Source: Perna viridis (taxonomy: Eukaryota). From it: a stretch of 64,000 bases of DNA. Below are positions 54,301-63,300 of the stretch, in pieces (position 1 is the first letter of the stretch; every line of letters starts with the position of its first letter). The position numbers and the translations under genes are program-made. The notes beneath the pieces are model-generated. The model was not told the origin of the DNA. It searched no databases and saw only the letters and a list, made by a program, of their open reading frames with translations. The stretch is from positions 59,479,597-59,543,596 of the forward strand of contig CM074512.1 in NCBI GenBank assembly GCA_037379345.1, read 5' to 3'.

Positions 54301-57300
54301 ATGTAATTATCGGTACTATGAAAGCATTTTATTTTAAAAAAATAATTCTAATATAACGTCCTACAAACTCCAAACAAAACATTACCCAATAACCAATGAG
54401 CAATTCAGATTCTTTTTTTATTATATTTTATTATTTCATATTAGTATAGAAATAATTCATGTAAGGTATGATGTTGTACTCATTTACAAATGGCCCATAT
54501 GGTTATTGACTCAGAATATTGGTTATGGACTTAAAATTGGCTAATAAATAGACAATAATAGTGTCTTGACTTCAAATTAAAGGAATAAAAGGATGCAGCA
54601 AAGAAATGGGGTAACTGTGAGAATTGGCTGAGCAGTTACCTCGTTTCATGCCGAATCCTTTTATTTGTTTTATGTGAAGTCCAGACATTATTATTGTTTT
54701 TATACTGCAATAAAAAAAAATATTTTCATGAACAGGTAATTTTATTCCCAATACGAATTCTATAATGCGTTTCCTGTGTGGCACCTCCCATCTGGGCGGA
54801 ATAATATAGATGATCTAGATAGGTGTAAGTTTGTTAATCTATTCCCAATTGATTGGAGTGAGACAGATTGTGCTACTTTTTTACAAATTACTGACACATT
54901 TTGCAGCAAAGATATGTATTGTGGTTAACAAATAATAACTAGTAACAACATTATTTTGATTTAGACTCAAAACATTGTCCCATTGTGTCCTCGCTTCAAC
55001 ACTTGGCTGGTTTTATTAAGTGTGTCACATTGTGTATTCAATCATAATCAATGGTAGTCTGACATGTAAACATTCAAACAGTGGGCATGGCTTGAAGTGA
55101 TAATATGACATTGGCATATTTAAGCATTATGAAAAAACAGTCAATATGTTTTACTTGTGCAAATAGGGAAATTACAGTATAAATATCTGTTCCTTAGGGA
55201 TATCAATTCAAATATATCATGTCATCAGTGATATCTTCAGACTAGTGTATTAAAACGATGTAATGATACTTAACTGTTAAAATCAGAAATTGAAGAAAGA
55301 TACCCTACTTATAATGATAATATATTTTGCTAATAATTCAGACTTTCTCAATCACTAGTTTTTACAAACTTCCACCAATATGTATTTTATAATAAAGTGT
55401 TTTTTAAATATTGTTCAATGTGTTTTAAAGGATTTTAATCAAACATTGAAGCAGTTATACCTGTTTTTTCTTCATTGTCCTCAGAGCTTTCTTATCCCCC
55501 CTTAATCTGACATGCTTCAAAGCTTTCTCTGTATCTGAAGTCCATTGGATCTGACTGGCCACAATACATAATTGACCTGGGTATTCCTTTAACCATTTGT
55601 CTTTCTTGGCTTTTTTCAGTGCTAGTTTTGTGGTTACTAACCTCTCCATCAAAGTATCAACCATTCCTGCTTCAATATCACCTAACCAGTTCTATCAATA
55701 ACCAAAAGGAGCAACATCTATCATTAACAAATAAAATGCTCTGCAGAGCATCTTGATATGACAGCAGAAGTCAAACACAAAACAGGTAGGGAAGATACAT
55801 ACATATACTACATTCAAATCTGATATACCTCTAAATATGGATTATGGTCAAATGTTGGCACAAAACAAATATTGACAAAGAACTTAAAGCTTTGAAATTG
55901 GACATTAACCTATAACAGTCCAAAATCTAAAAATAAGCCACATCAATTAGATTCAGCATATCTAGGAATGCAAAGTATTCATTTCTTGTAGAACAAAAGT
56001 TAAATTTCAGACCAATTTGAAAACAGTACCCAAAATTTTAAAATCTAAATACACATAATATTTACATTCAGTATATGGAAAAAATCTGGAGAATTCAATT
56101 TTCCTTAAAATAAATTAACCAAAGTTTAATTTTGGACCTTACCTTGACTTCTTTTAACTTAAAATTGGGTCAAAAAAAATTAATTCTAAGAACACAGTTA
56201 GACTAAGCATATGAAAAAAACACAAATAATTCTTTTTTTTTTCAGGTATTACTTAACAAATTAAAAATTGGAACTTTTCAACACTTATTTGGATTAACTT
56301 AAAGAAGGGGCACAAATCAAAATTTTAAAACAAGTTTAGAGTCACCAAAAGAATTTAACTTTTATTGAAAACAAACAAATTTTTATTTATTTTTAACCCT
56401 TTAGACATTGGACCATCTTTAAAACATGGTCAAAATCAAGAATATTAGTATATGTTTAGATTCAGCATATCAAAGAACCCCTTTTAAGGCATTTGATAAT
56501 ATCTATGTTCATTGCTGAATATTTATATTTGAATCTTAATTACCATTCCAATTAAATTTCATCAAATCCATGAAGCAGTTCAGTAGGAGTTGTGCTTACT
56601 AGGTTTTTATATGTAAAATACAAAAACTTAAATAATCTCCCTTTTCAGCATGAAATTATCTTACATATTTGACTTCCTCTGTTAAATGCAAATTTAAAAT
56701 AAAGTTATAATTATATCATTTTTGATTTGTTCCATTGAAAAATTTGAAATTTAGATAATCTCTCATACATTTATCGTCATTTACCATAACAAATCTACAA
56801 TTAGATCCGTCACAAGTCATCAATTACTGAATCACTAAACTATGTTGTTGTTGTTTATTCTACAATACTATAGTATAAATTTACAGTATTCTACCTCTAC
56901 TTGTCCATCAAGGAAGACACCTTGATTACTAAACTCCACTCTCTCTCCATCTTCTGAATTCATTGATAAAGCCTTTACATGCTTGCCCTGAAATTTTGAA
57001 TAAACAAATATATAAGGTTTCAGTTGAATAGTTTAGCAGTATTTTTCATCATAACTTAATCAGGAAGACATCAATTAAGTAAATGCAGAGTGACAATCCA
57101 TAAAGGTGTACTTTGTTTGTTTGTTTGTTTGTTGGGGTTTAATGTCCGAGCAGCAATATTTCAGCTATGTTCAGACAATGAACATGAAATGGATGATAAA
57201 ATGAACATGAAATGGATGATAAAATGAACATGAAATGAAAAGAAGAAAGGATGGGTCACAAGGATAATAGGGTCGACAAATTTTGATTGCCACTGGAAAA

Positions 57301-60300
57301 AGGGGGGGATGGGTAAGGTAGGGCAATTTAGCCTCCTGTGGCGGAGCGCAAAGGTTCCTACTCCTATCGAATACTACAGCAGGGTTCTTTAACGTGCGAG
57401 GAACGTGGCATCTTTCCCAACACGGTGCACCACTATGGTTTGCGGTCAGGTTTTCCGTATTATAGCCTGACAACCCCAGCATGTAACACGCCAGGGGTAC
57501 CCCATTCCACCACCTGGGGCACACATCCCAGTTGCTCTATGGGCAGAGCGCCTAGCCCCCGGCTAGGTTTCTGAGCACTATTTAGTCGCCTTATACGACA
57601 AGCTTAGTGCTGCTGCAGGCCTATTCTTTTAACACCCGGACCTGCATGGGGTCATAAAGGTGTACTAAACATCCAACACCTGCAATCATTATTGATATAA
57701 TGAACTCGATTTTCTACTTCAAAACTGAAGATAAAAGATAATATGAAAATATCATGTAGATAAAAAAAAACATTGTTCCATATGCGCACCCATAACAAAT
57801 TTTAAAGACATTTAAATTTCAAAGAGAGATAACTCTAAAAATATTAAGCAGTCATTGTTTTGCAACGTGTCAAAAATGAGCAATTCATGGTAGTAATCTT
57901 TGGTAAAAATTTTATCAAAACCCATTGTAAAATGTAGGCATGAGTGTGCTCAATCTCCTCCACAAAATTATAACTGCTTCCTAATTCATCACATTATAGG
58001 CTCTCCATTATACAGGATGTAAAAAAAAATGCACAAGGCATGATCGCTACTCATTTGCAAATTTGCGAAGTTGTTTCTGTTGTACTGTACTTATCAACAT
58101 TTACATGTAAATGAAGGTTTAGTACTATGTGTGAAAGAGGTGTAAAGCTTTGAAACAACAAATATACCCTAAAAACTGGAGATTTGAAATTGCTTACAAA
58201 TGGACTGACTAACATAAAACATCTAGCGATGTGATGCTTTGTCTATTTTCAAAATGATTAGAAACCAAAACATCAGATTATATAACCATCATCAGTTATA
58301 TCAACTTGGTCCCTTTGATGTATACATCAACAGGCTTTAACACTAGACAAAGGTAAGAAACACTTGCACTGATATAACATCGAAAGTCTGTAGAAAGCAC
58401 AACATAAATAATTTTGTTAAAGACTGAAATTTCTGATACAAGGAATAATAAACATAGACCTTCATATACAGGCATCATAACATTTGTCAAGCCCTGCATG
58501 CTTGTCCACCAATCTCACCACAGAAATTTGTTTTTATTCTATATTCAGTGCATCCTAAAATACATACTGACCTCTTTTTTTATTTCCAAGGTTCTTATAT
58601 TATCAAACAATTTCTTTAGATGGGGCTGTACAGCATTAGGTGTCTTTGACTGACCAAGTATTTCCAGTAGATCATCATTAGATATAAAGTAAAATCTAGG
58701 AAATACTCCTCTTTTAGTTTCTAGATAAGATTCCAAAGATTTCTGTATATTTTCTAGCTTCTTATTCATTTCTAGTAACTCTTCCAATAGCCCTATGCAA
58801 TAAAAAAAATACATATGAAATTAAAATAAACAAGTTAAAATACACAGAATTCCTTTATATGACAAAACACTAGAAATCCAATTTTTTTTTTGTGATAAGA
58901 CAAAAATTGTGTTGGGGAAAAAACAATGTCATTATTTGGGGAAATTCATTGAATGATTATGACCCGAGTGCCTTGGTGTCAGAGGTGACAGTGCATCAAG
59001 AATGCTTTGTATTTGTTACTACAGTATAGCAATGCACAAAGCTGTGGGTGGAAAAATGAATAATGAGAAATATGACTCTATTAAAAAAAATAATAGTAGC
59101 TAAATACTTCTCAAAATGGTAGTGGACTTGTCATGTGGACAATGTACATCTCTTTGAAAATGTCTAGAAAGTTTTAAAACACAGGATCACAGAAGAACAA
59201 AAGAAACCCATAAAGCTAAAGATTCAGAGTGAGTGGTACTTTACTCCAGGAATGGTCTCAACTTCCAATGTTAAAAATTGCCAAAAAGAATCAAACTATG
59301 TTACATTCCCAAGGACATATTGTGTTTTAAAGTTTAAATTTAAGCCACCAGTTATAATTTCATTCAGTAAATTGTTTTTGTGTCAACCATTTTGCAAACT
59401 CATTCAAGGCAATCAATTGTATATGTGTAAATATTTCAGTCACCTTTACCATCTATATATGATAGAAACTGACTTTATATAACTAAAGTAGAGAAATTCA
59501 GTCATGTAATTTTCACAATATTCATGTTTCCATACTTGAACACTAAAGAGAATATGGTTTCAATTTTCCAATATGGCTACTGTCAAATAACAGATTTTAA
59601 AGAAACTTGGCTTGTAGATCTAAGTTATTATATGCAATTTTTTTGTTCATGGAGGCTACTATTCATTAAATTTTGAACTTTATGGATTGTAACAGAATAA
59701 TTTATATTAGAACCACATTTTTGTATTTCTACACAGACTCATGATTTTAAAGTAAAATTGTAAAAACAGGAAAGAATTTGTGACCCCTATTTCTTAATTC
59801 ACTCAATCTACAACTTGAAAATTCAATCCCACTCTCTTTTGAGGTGTTGCACTTTGTTGTACAATTTAAAAGAAATTCATTCATTTTTGCATACTTATTG
59901 TCTGGACATCAGGAAAATGCTTGTTTCCAGGCCCTTTTTGGCCCCTCATTCCAACAGATTTTCAAGTCTCAAGCCCCAAAATTAATCCTAGTATGATCTT
60001 TGTGGTATAGAATATTGTGGAACTATATCACAGATATCCATATCTGTTTCTGGAGTTAAATAGTTTAATTCTTTGAAATACTTGTTTTGATGCCTTTTTG
60101 GCCCCTAAATCAAAAGGGGTTGGAGCATAACCCCAAAAATCAATACCAAGCTTCCTTTTGTGGTTTTAAACCTTGTTAAAACAATTATCTAATGTTCATG
60201 TAATCACACTAAAACCAAAAATCTATAGATGAAAATACGGATGATGACAATGATAGCCCCATACCATTATACAGCTGCATAATTTTTGCAGTTGATCATA

Positions 60301-63300
60301 TCAATAGCTTGTGAAGATCATAGTTAGAACCTACATAAGCTATTGAACAAACATTCTATCTCTAACTCTCACTCTGTAATAGTTAAATCAGAATCTGTAA
60401 GTTTATACAGTTGTCCAGTAAAACAATTTTATTTACCTTCATGATGAGTACACCTGAGTGCATTTTTGTCCCTATGCATTCTATTCATTATAACTTTCCA
60501 TTTTACATTCACTTCATCAAAGTTTGAAGATTCTCTCGGAAGTTGCTTACGGATATCTTCACCAAGAAATATATTCTGTAATTAAAAACAAAATTCCAGC
60601 TGGCTAGCTGATTAAAACTTTCCATGTGCATTTATAAGATAATGTGTGTCATATAACCCTATCAAAATGATAGTAATAACATTTCAAAATCAAAAACTCA
60701 TTTAAAACAACAATAAATTTTTAAACTAAGTCATATTATGAACCGAAATACTTTCTTTGTACTTTTAGTTTTTTTTATTTTTCCCTATTCTGTAAATAAG
60801 TAACTGTGGTGTTGCATGCATCAAACATACTTACAGGAAGGTATTATTACTTTAGAAGTTTCCTTGACTTTTGTTATCCTATTAACCCTACCCCTTAGCC
60901 ATGCCAGCATGACTAATCCCCTTAGTAAGGGTTAGTTTTACAAATTTATTTTTTTGTCATTTTCTTACATTAATTCCAAAATAATTCTGAATTCAAACAA
61001 TACCTTGTTTTACATTCATTTCTTCATGTTAGTTATTTAGTAATACTTATAGTACATAGCTTAAAATCTTACATTTTCATTAACTGATAAAGGACACATT
61101 TACCAATTAGATTCTTCATTTCTTGTATTGCCTTAAATGGATGACTATGTGGCAGTATTTATTATTTCTTAACTAAAGTGTCTTCTAAAAAAACAGTTTC
61201 TTACTTCAAGATAAATCCATTGTTTCTGTACAAGTAACAGAATCTCCACTACTTCTAGAATGTTGGACAAGATTTTTTCCCAATAATCTATCTCTACTTC
61301 AAATGCTTTCATGTACCTGGAGACTTTCATTGATGATAACTGTATCTGGTTCTCATCTAAACACTGAAAGATGTTCTCTACACTCCTGGAAGGCAAATCA
61401 CAGTAAAAAAAAACAAAAATAGAGAATAGTGGGTACAACACTTTCTAAATCTAAAATTCTCAGTAAAATCAAGACAATACAAAAAGATAGTTGCTCAGAA
61501 TAGAAGTTGAAACATAAAGTTGCACACATTGTAATATATACCAGCTAAATATACCTCACTTGTTCTGTAATCCATTGAATCAGGATATTGATATCAGAAG
61601 TCCTGTTGAAAACCTCACTTATTTTAAAACACTATGAAGTTTCTAAATGTGTCTTACACATCTATGTACTATTGAATGACTTCATCCAATAAAATATTTA
61701 AGATGGAGATACTTGGAGTTAAAAAAGATTTTTGATGAGACAAAAATCATGAAAAAGGAAAAAGGTGATATAATATGAATTCCTAAATGATTCAGGACAT
61801 TATACAAATAACTAATTGCAGCCTGACTTAAGGTGTAAGCAACCTTTTAGTATAATATCAGTGAGATCACTAAACTTGTAGGGGGGAAAATGGTATATTT
61901 TACTGCTTCTTTGAGGCCTCTAAGTACTACATGGTTATAGTTATAACTCAGAAATTAATCCTAACCTTTCTCCATGGTATGAAACCTTGTGTAACACAAT
62001 TTCCTATGGATTCATATACTTATACTCTGACAAAATGTAATGGATAAAGATAAGGATGACAACAAAGATGACAACAGCACAATGACACAATTGGTTTTGA
62101 AGCCTTTTATGCCCTTCCAATTTCATTAACATCCTTCACACAGTTTCAGAGGAGTTAACATGGCCATACAGACAGACAGTGCGATTCCTATTGTTTTGAG
62201 AATGCAAGGACACAGAATCCCAATATTGTGGGCTTGGATTTAAAATCACAGACAAAATATATAATACACAAAATAAAGTACACCATGTATTTGTGGAAGA
62301 AAACAAGAATGATGACTTACACTAGTTTGTAGTGTCCTTTTTCTTTGTAGGGTACAATATCAAGATCAGTGGAGTTCCAAACTGCTTCTATCACTGCTAA
62401 ACCCTATTCATAAACACATCAATCATTATACTTTGTTTCTAACACTTTGACTTTGTGATGTTGAAAATTATGAACTGTAATAAAATAATATGGCTGCCTT
62501 TTGATGAAATCAAAATAAAAGTGTTATGATGTTCTTGAAGAATCCCTGATATAATTTTGTCACAGTAATAAGTAATAACTGCTCATCCAAATTCTGATGC
62601 AGAGCAGCCAATATCTCCAAAAGATAACCAGTTATTTTGTACCATAACCATTATGCACAAATTCCATCATAAAATTGTGTATATTAGTTAGGCTGTATAT
62701 TTGATAATTGGATTAATAAGTAACAGTGGTAACAGCATCAGATTTACCACTTTATAAGCATGTACATAAGTAGTATTTCAGATAAGAATCATGCAAAATG
62801 TGATTCATTGTTGGAAAGCCTACATATTTTTATTTTTGATATCTTTTTAAATGCTACAGAAAACAGAATCAACATTTGGCTGTTCATAAAAGCCTTGTTC
62901 TTAGGAGATAAAAATTATATAGAATGTACTGTAGAATTCAAAATTAAGGGAGATAACTCTGTAAATGACACTAAAATACAATAGCAACTTCATAACAAAA
63001 TTTAAAATGTAAAGCCTTTTTGGCGTGTATCACATATTACAGACTTTACATTTTTACAAAGACTACTACATAAAAAAAAATAATGGTTACCTGTTCTATT
63101 ACAAGCTCTTTAGTGGCAGCATCAGAGATGTCATGAATCATTTCAGAATACTGATCAAAGCCAAACTCTATAATCTTCTCTAAAGTAAACTCATCTGACT
63201 TATGATCAAAGTCCTTTACCATCTCATTCTATAAATAATCAAAAATAAACAATTGCATGAAGGTTCTGTAAATATATTGACACTAACTTAAAATGGGATA

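Noticed and set aside
57171-57574. 117-aa and 78-aa ORFs in the GC-rich segment
   Set aside because: They lie inside the TSD-flanked retroposon, have no recognisable domain, and are expected from the higher GC content
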